From Eledone cirrhosa (lineage: Eukaryota): a stretch of 64,000 bases of DNA. Both the position numbers and the translations under genes were made by a program. Where the stretch lies: the NCBI GenBank assembly GCA_964016885.1, contig OZ024757.1, forward strand, positions 42,160,001-42,224,000, given 5' to 3'. The notes under the pieces were generated by a model that searched no databases, was not told the origin of the DNA, and was given only the letters and a program-made list of their open reading frames with translations. Shown piece after piece: positions 45,301 to 59,063 of the stretch (position 1 is its first letter; each line of letters begins with the position of its first letter).

Positions 45301-48300
45301 TGCCGCCGCTGCATCACAGCAGTCGTCGAACCAGGTGAGAAATAACTCTTGTTTTATTGTCATCACATCTTGTATTCTCCCTTCTTTGATCATCACATCT
45401 TGTATTCTCCCTTCTTTGATCACCACATCTTGTATTCTCCCTTCTTTGATCACCACATCTTGTATTCTCCCTTCTTTGATCACCACATCTTGTATTCTCC
45501 CTTCTTTGATCATCACATCTTGTATTCTCCCTTCTTTGATCATCACATCTTGTATTCTCCCTTCTTTGATCACCACATCTTGTATTCTTCCTTCTTTGAT
45601 CATCACATCTTGTATTCTCCCTTCTTTGATCACCACATCTTGTATTCTCCCTTCTTTGATCATCACATCTTGTATTCTCCCTTCTTTGATCACCACATCT
45701 TGTATTCTCCCTTCTTTGATCACCACATCTTGTATTCTCCCTTCTTTGATCACCACATCTTGTATTCTCCCTTCTTTGATCATCACATCTTGTATTCTCC
45801 CTTCTTTGATCATCACATCTTGTATTCTCCCTTCTTTGATCACCACATCTTGTATTCTTCCTTCTTTGATCATCACATCTTGTATTCTTCCTTCTTTGAT
45901 CATCACATCTTGTATTCTGATCTCCGATCACCACATCTTGTATTCTGATCTCCGATCACCACATCTTGTATTCTCCATTCTTTGATCATCACATCTTGCA
46001 TGTTATTCTTTTTCCTTCCTGACATGTTTGTTATATTCCCAGGGAACTGATACAGCTCTTGGTGATGTTGTGGCGGCAGTCATGGCTGGTCTACTTGGAA
46101 CAAATGAATCTACAAATGTCAACAACACTGGCGCAACAACTGACAGTAAGAGCTTTCTTTATTATATAATAATATTGGTAGAATTGGCAGAGCATCAGGC
46201 AAAATGTCTTGGGGTATTAGCACTCTTGAATGTTCTAAGTTTGAATCTAATTGTTAAAGGGTTAAAGTCTTTAATATTTAATCTGATAATCACACTGTTG
46301 CTTTGTTTTTATCAAGAATGTCTTGTTAATAATAATAATGTGCTTTGACCACACTTTTCTGACCGTATGGTTATTTTACCCAACTTTCTGAGTTATTATT
46401 TATAGTAATTGACTGTGGTTACATTTGTCTTCTGTGTTTTGGATTCCTACATTTTCTAGGAATTTCAAACCTTTTTAATACTCCAATAGTTTTATAGAAA
46501 TGATTTGTTTATTTTCCCCTCTTTTCCATTGTAGATGCACAAACACAGGGTGGAAATGCTGCTAACCAGCGCCCCATGGCAACACCAGTATCAATTCCAC
46601 AAATATCTCAAGCCATTGGAGGTTTGGCAAGTCCAGTATTTGCAATGGTCTCCCGTAACCTTGCTAGATCCCAACCAACAAGTACTACAACTACTACCAC
46701 TATCAGTAGCACTGACACTCCTATGGAACCAACAAGTCTTGTACAAGCTTTGAGGAATCTCATTCAAGGAACGGCTGTAAGTGTTACTTTGCTCAGCTCT
46801 CAGATTCTGTGAGGTTTAAGGTCTGCTATTGAAGGAACACAGGAATGTGAGTTTAACTCTCTTTTGGGTGCTTGGAGTCATGATAAAATACTTCCAGTAT
46901 ATAATGTAGAAAAGATTGAAAGAGGAAGAGGGCAAGGAGAAGTGTGTTGGGGCATAGAATTGACTGGAAGAAGGAAATAAAGGGGATGTAGAAGACAAGT
47001 TTATACACATCTTCACTCTCATCAGCTCTTAAACCAGCAAAATGGTTTTGCACGATTTAATTAAATCTAGCAATGAGTTTTCTCATTTTTATATGTAATG
47101 GAGGCACATGGCTTAGTGGTTAGAGCATTGGCCTTGCAATCGAAAGGTTGTGAGTTCAATTCTCAGACCGGGCGATGTGTTGTTTCCTTGAGCAAGGCAC
47201 TTTATTTCACATTGTTCCAGTTTACTCAGCTGTAGAAATGAGATGATAGGGATTGGGGTCCCTATCATTCCACTGCAAAGTGGTCGTGGAGGTGCCACGG
47301 CAAAAAAGCACCCAGCACTCACTGTAAATGAGGTTGGTGTTAGGAAGGGCATCCAGCTGTAGAAATCAAGCCAGAATCAGTTCCCGTCCCACCCTTGCAA
47401 GCAGGGAAAAGTGGACGTAAAATGAAATGATGATGAAATGATGAATACATAGAAGTTTGTTATCTAAAACCCATCATTTTAATATTTCTGTTTCAGAGAG
47501 GTAATATGTCTGCTGGAGCACCACCACCACCACCACCACCACCACCACCACCACCACCACCACCACCACCACCACCACAACAACAACAACAGCAACAACA
47601 ACCTTCAACAGTAAACAATACTAATGTTGCCAGTGCTACTAATACTACAACCACCACAAGCACAAGAAGTACTGCTACAGCCAGTACAAGTTCTAATACT
47701 GCTACGACAACCCAGAGCCAGCCCAGTTCAACACCATCTTCCGGCACAACAACCCAAACTACAGCCAGTGGTCAGGTAATACCAGATGAAGCCATCATTC
47801 AGTTAATTCAGGGCATTAGCAATAATTTGATGCAAGCTGCGACCGGCCAGCAAAATGTGGGCACAATTTGGGATTTTTTCAGTACCATTGGCGAGGAAAT
47901 GGATATAGAGCACTTTGAAGGTGAGTCATTGTTTGAATTGCTTGGAATCCACCCTGTAAAGTAGGTGGTAGTGCTGGGACCATTACATAAAGCACCTAGT
48001 CTACCCTGTAAGGTAGTAGTGCTGGGACCATTACATAAAGCACCTAGTCTACCGTGTAAGGTAGTAGTGCTGGGACCATTACATAAAGCACCTAGTCTAC
48101 TCTGTAAGGTAGTAGTACTGGGACCATTACATAAAGTACCTAGTCCACCCTGTAAGGTGGTAGCACTGGGGCTATTACATAAAGCACCCAGTCCACCCTG
48201 TAAGGTGATAGTAGTGCTACTACCATGTCCACCCTGTAAGGTGATAGTGCCGGTGCCATGAAAAATGCGCCCAGTACACCTTTCATGTATCATATCTGAA

Positions 48301-51300
48301 ACTTTATATACCTTTTAATGTTTCGTATACACACCTTTCAATGTCTTGTATATACACCTTTCAATGTACCATATAACACTATAATATATCATATACTGTA
48401 TATACATATACTTTCCAAAGCATCATATATACACCTTTTAACACATTACACACACACATATATATATACGCATCACACACACACACGTACATATAAATAT
48501 ATCATATATACACCTTTTAATCACATCTGTTTGTTTATTGTTAGGACTCACCAATGACATCTTTCAATGTATATCACGTCATTTGACTATTTCTGATCTT
48601 ATGACCGTTTTGCTGGGTAACTCCGAGCCTCTCAATAGATTGCGAATACCTCTTAAGGAACTCTTTCTTCATCAAATTCTTAATGATGCTGAACCAACAG
48701 AAGCCAATATCCAGAACGCAGTATTACAGTTATTAAACGAAATGAGGGGTGAAATTAAAGCTATTGTCGTAAGTCGTTAACCTTTATCATATATTTACTT
48801 CCATGGATTGGCAGTATCGGTAGAGGGTTGGACACCATGCTTTGACGCATTGAGTTACGGCCCTTGCCATTCTGAGTTCAAATCCTGCCGAGGTTAACTT
48901 TGCCTTTCATCCTTACGGGGGTCGATAAAATAAAGTACCAGTAATACACTGGGTAATTGCTGGCCTTGTGCCAAAAGTAGAAACAATTATTTGCAGGGAT
49001 TATATAAAGTCTTATTTTTAAATTTTCTGTAAAAACAACTCATTTACTAAAAAGATAGGGGATTTAGATTGTAAAGATTTCTCTCTCTCGCTGAAATTTT
49101 CTTAATCTGTAACAATGGGGTTGTTGTTATTCTTCCCCTGTAAGGCAGTTAGTGTTGATGCCATGAAAAATGCTTCCAGTACACATTGTAGAGTGGTTGG
49201 CATTAAGAAGGACATCTGAGCCTGATATAGTCACCACACATTACAACCAGTCTAACTCATGCAAACATGGGAAATAGATGATGTAAACTGTGATGATTGT
49301 TATAATTTTCTAAGATATTGTCATGTTAACTTTGATGTTATTTCTCTAATACTATCCAGAACATATCTGAAGTTCGACCTAACATCGATGCTGAGACTAC
49401 ATTGGACAACTTCTTGAAACACCAATATGCTAAAATAATAAAGCTAACTATAGAATCTGAAGGTAATGGAGTGCTATGTCTCTTTCTAAAATTCATCTCA
49501 TCCATTCTGTTACCAAGTTTCTAATAAAAAAACTATATTAAATTACCTGAAACTACACTTGTTATCTTTCATAATTTTCTCTAAGGACCTTTTGTTGAGT
49601 TCCAAGCCCCAGCTTAATAGCGAGTAAGTTAACCTTTTAGCATTTAAACGGCCATATCCAGTCAGAATTCTCTCACCTCTTTCTGTCAACCAGCTACTCA
49701 TACTAATGTTAAGGTATTGTTCTCAAAATAAATATCTAAATCTAATAGATTCTATATTATGTGAAAATGTGAGATAAAGCCTTTTACCGTGAAAATACCA
49801 TAGTATATATAATGTAAATACTAAAGAGTTAATGTCTGTTTTTATGTCTTCTTCAGATAACAATGAATTTGGTCTAAGTTTATACGGTTGGTTCAAAACT
49901 TTCCTCTCTGAACTCATTGTTCTCGGTCGTTTTTGTCTTGTTGATGGTTACCCAGCTTTCCAACGAGTGGTGCATGACCGGCTGGTAAGTAATTAATCTG
50001 ATTAATTGTTAGCATTTTAAATACCAAATCATCTGAAACTCCTGGTTTTGTGATAAAAAAACCACATGTGGTCACTCTAGTCATCACCTAACTCCACCCT
50101 GTCGTCACTCTAGCCATCGCCTAACTCCACCCTGTGGTCACTCTAGCCATCACCTAACTCCACCCTGTGGTCACTCTTCTCTTTTACAGCAACACTTGAC
50201 CAATGGAATCAATGTGATGATGCAGCAGTCCCTTATCACCATGGCAACACTGCAGCTAAACAGTTTCAACCCGCAAGAGAGTGAGAACGACATCCAACAT
50301 TATATTGCTTGGAAAGACTCTGCCTCTGCTGCGAACAAGGCAGCTGCAAAGCCCAGTGCACCCGAAGCAACGGCTGCAAGTGCAGTTTCTCAGGCAGTTG
50401 CAGCTGAAGCAGCGTCTCCTATGGAAGTAGATTCAGAAACATCTGTAACAACACCCATGGTAAGTTTTTGTTCTAAGTCTAAAGTCTGTCTTAAGCCAGA
50501 AGGCTCGTTAAGCCGGTGCTTATCCCAGTTTCATGGCGTGAAGAGACTTAGGGTACAAGACTTTCCCCTGGACAGGACTCCAGTCCATCGTAGGGTTAAA
50601 CCCCCAGCTATTGCTGGTAGTCATAATCAGCTGAGTATACTGGAGCAACGTGAAATGAAGTGTTTTGCTCAAGAACACAACAGGCAACCCAGCCAAGGAA
50701 TCAAACCCACATGATTGTGAGTCCAACACCCTTACCACTAGGCCACGCCCCTCCACAGTTTTTTGTTAATGACAAATATATCTTGTGTCCACCTGTATGC
50801 AGTGTGGTCAGATCTCAAATATGCTTCACAGACAAAATATTGGTTTTGTTCCCCAGATGATCCCTCTGGACCCCCAAGTGAGAATAGCCTAACTTATGGA
50901 TGTTATCCAATCATCTTGCTCTGGGTCTCTTGTTGGTTGTCTTTGCCTGTGAAATTTGTCCAGGGATTCTGTCCTTAGATATTCTAACGAAGTGTCTAGT
51001 ACCGAAGCTGTGATATATTTGTCACCAACAAAACTTAGTGCATTATTTTAAGTGTCATCAGCGTGAAAAGTTATGCAAAGCTTTTAGTCACTAAATTCTT
51101 TAATAATGGCGGTGGATTGGCAGAATCAGTAGGGCGTCGGACAATGTTTAGCAGCATTGAGTTACGGCCCTTTACATTCTGAGTTTAAATCCTGTCAAGG
51201 TTAGCCTTTGTCTTTCATCCTTATTGCGTCGATAAAATAAAGTACCAGTAATGTACTGGGGTCAATTTAATTGACCCCCCCCCCCCCCCTCATTAAATTG

Positions 51301-53304
51301 CTGGCCTAAAGTAGAAACAATAATAAAAGAAAAGAGATTAAATATCCACCTTTTTCTCCTCTCCAGAGGTACGTTGATTGTTATTTGCAGTGACCAACTA
51401 TTGTATTTATTTGTGTTTAGGACGCACACATTTAGGATAGTAGACTAGAACAGTTTTGAAAACTTTGCCCTTGAATGTCGTGAGATGTAATTTAGGGAGT
51501 TTTACAGTATCAACTACATTGTTCTTTACAGGTGACTAACAGTAGTAACGCTGGCATTACTACCACCACCACCTCCAGCATCACTCATATTACTACTACT
51601 ACTGCAAATACTACTACTACTAAAGCTAAAGAAAGCAAGCCTAAGTTGGTCAATGGTGTCAACTCTGAGGGCAGGACTGTTGCTGCAGGTGCCGCTGCTG
51701 TGCCTCTTACTCTCTCAATGGATCAGACTAATTCTGCTGGTGCCGCTGCTAGTAATGGAGATGATTGGTGCAGTGTGGTTCCAGCTGTGAGTATTTTGGT
51801 TTTATTTATATATCTTTTATTAGAGGATAGATCATTATAAACTAAACACTTCCAGCTTTTTCTTTTATGTGATGTAGTGATAGTGTTGTTTTGTATTTTT
51901 GAAATAATTTCCTAGCTAATGCAGTTTCATGTGGTACAGGACTTTGAGTTAATATATATCTAATCACATGCAAACACAGAAAAGATCTGTACCAATATTA
52001 ACGTATCAATAACATATTTACAATATACAGTATTCATGGTAATTGTTTCAAACCTTACAATACAACTAATATTTTCAACAAAAGTTTAACCCTTTCATTA
52101 TTGTATTTTTAATAAAGTACCAGTAATGCACTGGGATAATTGCTGGCCTTGTGTCAAAGGTAGAAATAATAATTATTTTTAATGAAATACACCATATTTG
52201 AACTGCTTATTGAAGAACTTGGAAGTTGTTACAAAAAATATTATTTCATTATTAGAATGGCATTTGTAACAACAAATGTTAGAAGGTTTTAATTTAGATA
52301 AAAACTGTTTAAAATAGGTGGTTTTCATTTCATTGAGCCAAGGATGGTTTTGGCTGGGTATGAAAAGGGTTAAATATTGATTTTTGTTTCTTATATGTTC
52401 TTCTATTTATCAGGAATGGGTCCCTATAATCAAGCAAGACATCCAACACCAGAGACGTCACAATCCTCAGACACCGTTCAGTGATGCATATCTAAGTGGA
52501 ATGCCAGCTAAGCGCAGAAAGGTTTAAAAAAATACAAATTATTTAATTACATTTTTCTGCTTCACTTCTGTTGTAAACTAAGTAAATCTAAAGTTAGTAT
52601 TTACTCAGAAACTAGAGTAAACAGGCTCTTACGGACTGTTTATGTGGTCAACACAGCACACAGGGCCTCATTGACTATCTTTTGGTCAACACAGCACACA
52701 GGTCCTTACAGGCCATTTCTTTTGTCAACACAGCACATGTTTGAGGCCCATTTGTTCATTTGTTTAATATATAAATATATTCTGACTAAACAGAATAAAA
52801 ACCCTAGCAGATTAAAACTTTTTAACTCAAATGTGTTATAAGTTGAGAGCCACATAGACTTATTCTTGCCTTAGAAAGAAAACTTCAGACCGAGGTTGCA
52901 AAAACTAAAAGTTGCAGTCTAGATAAAATGTTTCTACCAAGAATTCATATTCAGAAATAACTTACAATAAATTTCCATCATATCTCTGAAGGTCCCCTAA
53001 CTGAAACTGCTTCTTATAATTTGTTTTGCTTCAGATGAACCCCGGTAAAGCAACCAACTTGAGTGAGGTGTCAGAATTTGTTCCCGATTCCCTGAAGAAA
53101 GCCGTAGCATCAGCTGGAGTGGAGCCGTTGAGCAGTTTAGAAAATTTATCAAATGAGGCAGCTCGCGACAGCATATTACATTCAGCTTTTGAAGACCAGA
53201 TGTGTAATAACGTGTTACAGCGGATACACTTGGACACCGACTACAATCCAGAGATGTTCCCTAACATAGAAGAATATTTTAAAAAACAACGGAAAAGCAA
53301 ATAA
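36389..53304 (+). CDS. BAG6: Large proline-rich protein BAG6 (BAT3/Scythe), 22 coding exons, about 1376 aa
   Basis: Exons 36389-36451, 36910-36951, 37664-37739, 38221-38408, 38822-38893, 39189-39323, 39878-40020, 41408-41534, 42732-42935, 43508-43783, 44161-44344, 44841-45334, 46043-46145, 46535-46776, 47497-47920, 48545-48768, 49360-49462, 49857-49984, 50190-50459, 51532-51786, 52414-52521, 53035-53304. N-terminal UBL ([36 protein letters not shown]); C-terminal [23 protein letters not shown] and DYNPEMFPN. Confidence 0.96.
40135..40447 (-). mobile_element. Full-length SINE family B (antisense in BAG6 intron)
   Basis: Near-identical reverse complement of 47100-47440. Confidence 0.9.
41568..41948. 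repeat. 41-46-bp minisatellite (CATACATTCTGCCAGTCTTATATATATCTATATATTATA)
   Basis: About 9 tandem copies just after a BAG6 donor. Confidence 0.9.
45358..45998. repeat. 30-bp minisatellite (GATCA(T/C)CACATCTTGTATTCTCCCTTCTTT)
   Basis: About 19 near-perfect copies plus decayed copies, intronic. Confidence 0.96.
47100..47440 (+). mobile_element. Full-length SINE family B: tRNA head, core, LINE-like tail, (ATG)n end
   Basis: GAGGCACATGGCTTAGTGG..GAGTTCAATTC..TTAGGAAGGGCATCCAGC..GGACGTAAAATGAAATGATGATG. Confidence 0.9.
47948..48280. repeat. 48-bp minisatellite related to a SINE tail segment
   Basis: About 5-6 copies of CCCTGTAAGGTAGTAGTGCTGGGACCATTACATAAAGCACCTAGTCTA. Confidence 0.85.
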
Positions 53305-54402
53305 CTACTAATTTAGAAATTTGTACTGAGTGAACTGTAAAAAAACAACAACAGACAAAAAAAGAAACACTCACCTCCACCACCACCATAACCCAGTAAG
53401 CTGCTTGGCTAAAACAGACTTTACAATTATTTAATTTTATAGTCTTGATTAATTTTATTCTTGAAAATTTTTTTATATATATATATATATACATATAAAT
53501 ATATAAATATATATATATATCTCAACTTAATGAAATTTCAATATGTGTGAGTGTGTGTGTGTGTATGTGTGTGTGTGCATAAATTAGATCTCTTTTTACC
53601 ATCTGGTACAGGCCACCAACACCAACATCATCACCACCTCCACCATTTACTACCAGTGTGAGTTAATATTTTCTTTTCTGGTTAATTATTATTAAACAAA
53701 ACAAACAAACATAAAAAGAAAGAAAGAAAGAAAATAGAATTGAATAATAATAATACTAATAATATTTCTGATATGGTTTTGTAATAAATGTTGTTATTAA
53801 TGTTGGTGGCCACTTAAACTGTGTTTTACTGCTCCTCCTGTATAGAAAATAGTTGAGTGAATTGTCGGGGTACCGTGTGTGTAAATAACAAGGTTTCACA
53901 TAACCCCTTCTGCACTGAATACTAACATCTACAACCCTTCCCATAAGCATTTGTTTGAAATTACTTTTAGACATAAAAAATGTAGTAAACGGAAAACATT
54001 TTAGATCCTGGTTCTTTATCATCATTATTATTGTTCACTCTCTATCTTCAACTTTTTTATATATGGTGTTTGAAGCAGTGTGTGTGTATATATATATATA
54101 TATACACGTATGTGTATATATATATGTGTGTGTATATATATATACACATGTAAATATATATATATACATACATACATATATATATACATACACACATACA
54201 TATATACACATGTGTGTATATATATATATATAAATTGGTAAAATTCCAACAGAGAGCCCACTTGATGCCATGAACACTTCCTATGTATATATAGGTAGGT
54301 AGGTTTATTCATTTTCTTACAACATAGCTATGGTATTTCAGCAAAGCGAGTGTTCGCCTAAGATCACTTACATAAAAAAAATCTTAAATGTTTGTCTTCC
54401 TG

Positions 54403-54433
<31 letters not shown>

Positions 54434-54440
54434 AGGTGAA

Positions 54441-54664
54441 AATATTGCATTCTTTCTCCTCCTCTAAAACTTAAGAATTTAAGGTAACTTCACCCTCACC
54501 TCTATTAATTAGGAAATTATTCTCAGTGCTACTTTTCAATTGTTTCATGCAGAATATTGCATTCTTTCTCCTCCTCTAAAACTTAAGAATTTAAGGTAAC
54601 TTCACCCTCACCTCTATTAATTAGGAAATTATTCTCAGTGCTACTTTTCAATTGTTTCATGCAG

Positions 54665-54666
<2 letters not shown>
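54441..54666. repeat. Exact 112-bp tandem duplication
   Basis: Units start at 54441 and 54553; flanked by poly-A and poly-C runs. Confidence 0.9.
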
Positions 54667-54696
<30 letters not shown>

Positions 54697-55791
54697 ACCG
54701 TATCTTTGTACAGAATTAAAATATTTCAGTCACTTATATAATATAAAATAATTTCCAGATAAAGTTAAAATGGTATTTAAACCTGAACAATCCTTTAAAA
54801 AGAAACTGTTCTTTGGTTCTCTCTCTCTCTCTCGCTAGATGGTAATAGTTCACCCTTGCTAATAATAATAATAATAATAATTATAATAATTACTTTCGTT
54901 GCATTGAAATTTTGCATGTTTGCTTTACAAAAAAATAAAATAAAAAAATGATTGTGCCTCTTCTTCAGTCTTCAACTGTTACAAAAACAGGAGGAAGTAT
55001 GGTTATTAAAACACACTATTAATGTCCAGTATGTTGTTAGTGATGAGGCTGAAGGAAGTATAAAGTAATAAGTTTGATTTTGTGATGAGAAAAGAACCCC
55101 TTGTGTAAATACTGGGCAAAAGTCTTGTCTCAGATTGATATTTCAGCAATGTATGGCGGCTTACAATTGAACAAAAAACAAAACAAAACAAAAACAAATT
55201 AAAAAAAAATAATTCTCGATTACAAAAGTGCTAATTAATATAGTAAATAAAACTTATCACAAACTACCGAAAGTCTTTGATTTCAGATGAGACAAACTTC
55301 TTCGTCTTCTTGCTCTTGCTCAACGAGGCCAGGGTGATCCTACAGCATCGTCGTGTGTAGAGCCGAAGACATACCACATTTTTTGTGGACAGTTATTTCA
55401 GTTTTCATGTCTGATGTGATCTGGTTTCGATTATTAAACACTCTCAATGTTATATCTGCATCTACAGTTCTTTCAGATGGAATCTATTGCATAGATGAAG
55501 AAAACCATGGCTAAACGTTATGGAGACACTTGTCATGAGGCCTGCAAGATGTGACCCTTGCTTTAGAAATGGAAGATCAAGAAAGATATTGGTTAACTCT
55601 TTAGCATTTACATTACTCTATATTTACTATTGTATTTTCACAGTTAAGGCTTTACCTCACATAGTATCGAATCCATGAAATTTTGAGAACAATACAAGTG
55701 GCCAGGGAATTCTGGCCGGATATAGCTGGTTTAAATGCTAAAGGGTTAAAAAAAAACAAATGCAGTTTTTTAAATAACACAACAACTTTAT

Positions 55792-58700
55792 TTACTTATT
55801 TAACTTTACAAACTGTGAGTGATATTTTGCAAATGTTTCAGCAACAACCAGTGGGAAAATCAATGTAGCATCACCACAAACCTATGGAAATAAAAAAGAA
55901 ATCTTTAACCTTCTGTAGGGATTTAGAAAAAAAAAAGTCTACAAAGGTGTATAGTATCTTTAATAATGAACAATGTGAAAATATGCAGTATTAGAGTAAA
56001 TACTAACCCTTTAGCATTTACATTACTCAATATTTACTATTATATTTCCACGGTAAATCTCACATAATATCGAATCTATGAAAGGGTTCAAGTTGACTTT
56101 GTGGGCATAATTGAATATAACATTGTTGTAAATATATATAAAGAGGTTTCCATCTTACCTTTACAGGTTTACTGTCAATTTTCACCTTTCCCCAAGACTT
56201 TGCTTCATCTGGAGATGCCCCAGAATCACTGCCATCAAATTCTGAACCAGAATTTATGAAAACACAGAAATCGGCACCATTTCTCTGGAAACAAGATGGA
56301 AATATTTAAAATATAATACAGATAACCGAGACCTCCCTCCATATTGTTATGCTACATTAAATATAGCAAAGAACCAAGACCTCCTTCCATGTTGGTATGC
56401 TACATTACTTTATCTCACATAGTATTGAATCTATGAGATTTTGAGAACAATACCTTAACATCAGCTGGGTGGCCAGTTAAAATTGCTAACAAGACAATAT
56501 TTTTATATAGAAATATGTCAGAAGTTTAAATTTAAGTAGGAACCCTTTAGACACATTTGGGTAGGTTGGGAACAAGGAAAGTCTAAACAGTTGAAGATGT
56601 GTATAATTGCTGTTACTTACCATGAGATTAGCATTACATGTATGATGCTTGGCAAGGCCACCTCCAAGAATAATCATGCCAGTATTTTTGGCATACACTG
56701 CTTGACTGTTCATGAAACGAATATCTGTTGAGTAGAGAAAAAACTTTAGTTGAGCAACAAAATTAGGTTTTAACCATATTTCTAATGAAAGACATTGCCT
56801 GTTATTTTCAAATAAACCTAAGGGGTTGTGAAGCAAACTTCTTAAAAACCACACAGCCTTGAATCGTCATCACTGTTTAACGTCCATTTTTCTCTGGGTC
56901 AGATGCATCAAGACAAGTCTGGCCAGGATTGACCACACCCTAACTTCCTTTTTTACAGCTGGATGCCCTTCCTAACACCAACCTCATCTAAATATAAAAA
57001 CATGAAGATGGAAAAGAAAGAAGAATGTTTACCTTGTACTAAATCAAGAACTAGGCCTGGGTTCTTGTAAGAATGAAAATAGATCATATCACCAAGGGAT
57101 CCATCTGTTATACCAGGACAAAACACTGGAATGTTGTTCTAAGAGAGAGAGAGAATATGCTATTAACCCTTTTGCTACTATAATTTTTTATAAAAGACTC
57201 TACTTGTGTTCTTCCAGAGAAGGAATTAACCCCAGTATTGGATTGGTACTTTACGACCTTGAAAGGCAAAGTTGACATACACCTTAAACACCACCACCTC
57301 CCTAATGATGAATTTCTGACCAAGTATATTACAATTGATCCCAGAGAATGAAAGTCAACATTTATAATTTCTCAGTTCATCCAAACATAAAAAAAACACT
57401 GAATGTTATTTTGAAAGACAAGATTTATTTATTAACTTACCTTGTAAGCCCAATAGTAAACTGAGTCAGGGTTATCTATTTCCATTCCAAGACGAGATAT
57501 TAGTTTAGACGGTGTCCATAAAGTCCCCTAATGACAACAGAGATTGAAAGAATTTTTTTTTTGATATTGATTTATATTTTTAAATTAAGAATTGAGAGAG
57601 AGCAGAGATAATATGCTGGATAAAAGAGTGGGTTATCAGCTGAATTAGACTCAACAAAAGATCTCAATGTAGGTCTATTGCTCATTGCATTACTAGAGTC
57701 TCAGGTTTTATGTAAATAGGAGAGCTTATTACCTCTTGATGTTAGTAACTAAAACACTAAAGGAAACATGCATCTCTCATACAATATGAGAAATACGAGG
57801 ACTGCTTGACATAAAAAAAAAAAAAGGAAATCTTACCTCCTCTTTTTGTTCCAGCAATATTTGGTCCAAGATTGGCATCAACCAATTTTCAAATTTACAG
57901 TAATTATCATTCGATACCAGCAAGTTTCCAATTCGATTAATTCCGGACAAACGCAGCTTCTTGCCGTCCAGTTTAAAGTCCCCGATGTAAGTAGGGGCTA
58001 GACATTTGATGAAATCTTCTTCAACACCACCAGCAGAAGTCACCAAACAGTCAACCTGTAACAAACAACCAGTTTTATAATTCTGTCTGACATAGGGGAA
58101 AGCCAACCCACCTCCAGTACTTGAATGGTTATGGGGTGAAACGGTATGAAGCTTGAATTGCTACATACCATATTGTGCTGTACAAGATATCTAATAGAAT
58201 CTCGAACTCCACTTGAAATCATGTTCGATGTGAAAGCCAGGAATATTGTACAGTTGGTCTTTTCTCGACCAACTGGGTTTAGATTCATTTCTTGTAATTC
58301 ATTTTCTGACAGACGTATCAGCTTTTTATCAATCTGGAAGCACATTAGAGAATACACACATGAAATATACTTCATAACTAGCAGGTATACCTAGCTCTAG
58401 TCTGGGTTTATTAATACTTAGATAGTTATAAGAATTCACTATATTTTGAGTAAATTGCTTTCAAATGCTACTGATAGGCTTCAGCTCATCCAGAAATGTT
58501 AAATGATTATAAATATATATAGCAAGTGTTGGACATGTCATAGATTGCTTCCACTGACATGATCCTACACACTACCAAGTGCATTTTATGTCACAAACAT
58601 TCCCAAAGGTAACACCAGAAACTCACTGACAGACCCTTGGTCATCAGAGTCGATAACACAGCTACACACACAAAGGAAATCAAAAGCAATTACAGTTAAC

Positions 58701-59063
58701 TTTTCTGACATTTGTACATTATTCTATGAACTATACATGCACCTTTAATGAGATGTAGAGCACCTGAGCACAATAATTTTCATTATATTATTATTATTAT
58801 AATGTACTGGGTAATTGCTGGCCTTGTGCCTAAAGTAGAAACAATTATTATAATTCAGCACTCACCATATTTTTAATTTCCTGGACACAATAACCAAAGT
58901 TGGTAGCTTGGAATCCTGAAGTGACGAAAGAGTTAAGTAGTTTATGGTAATCTACTCCATCGTTGAAGTTATAACCCTTAACTTCGGTGTATTTGTCGGA
59001 AGAGAGGGGCACAGCTGTCACCAAGACAGCATCTTTAGCACACTGTGGAATGTTTTCAGACAT
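55792..59063 (-). CDS. DHPS: Deoxyhypusine synthase, 8 coding exons, 364 aa
   Basis: Exons 59063-58866, 58333-58169, 58055-57837, 57527-57441, 57138-57033, 56724-56621, 56284-56159, 55881-55792. Motifs [71 protein letters not shown] (catalytic Lys). Confidence 0.97.

Noticed and set aside
45244-45985. Long repetitive ORFs on both strands ([20 protein letters not shown] and others)
   Set aside because: By-product of a largely stop-free 30-bp minisatellite downstream of a clear donor at 45334.
47100-47175. tRNA genes at A/B-box sites
   Set aside because: They continue into SINE bodies and do not fold into a convincing cloverleaf.
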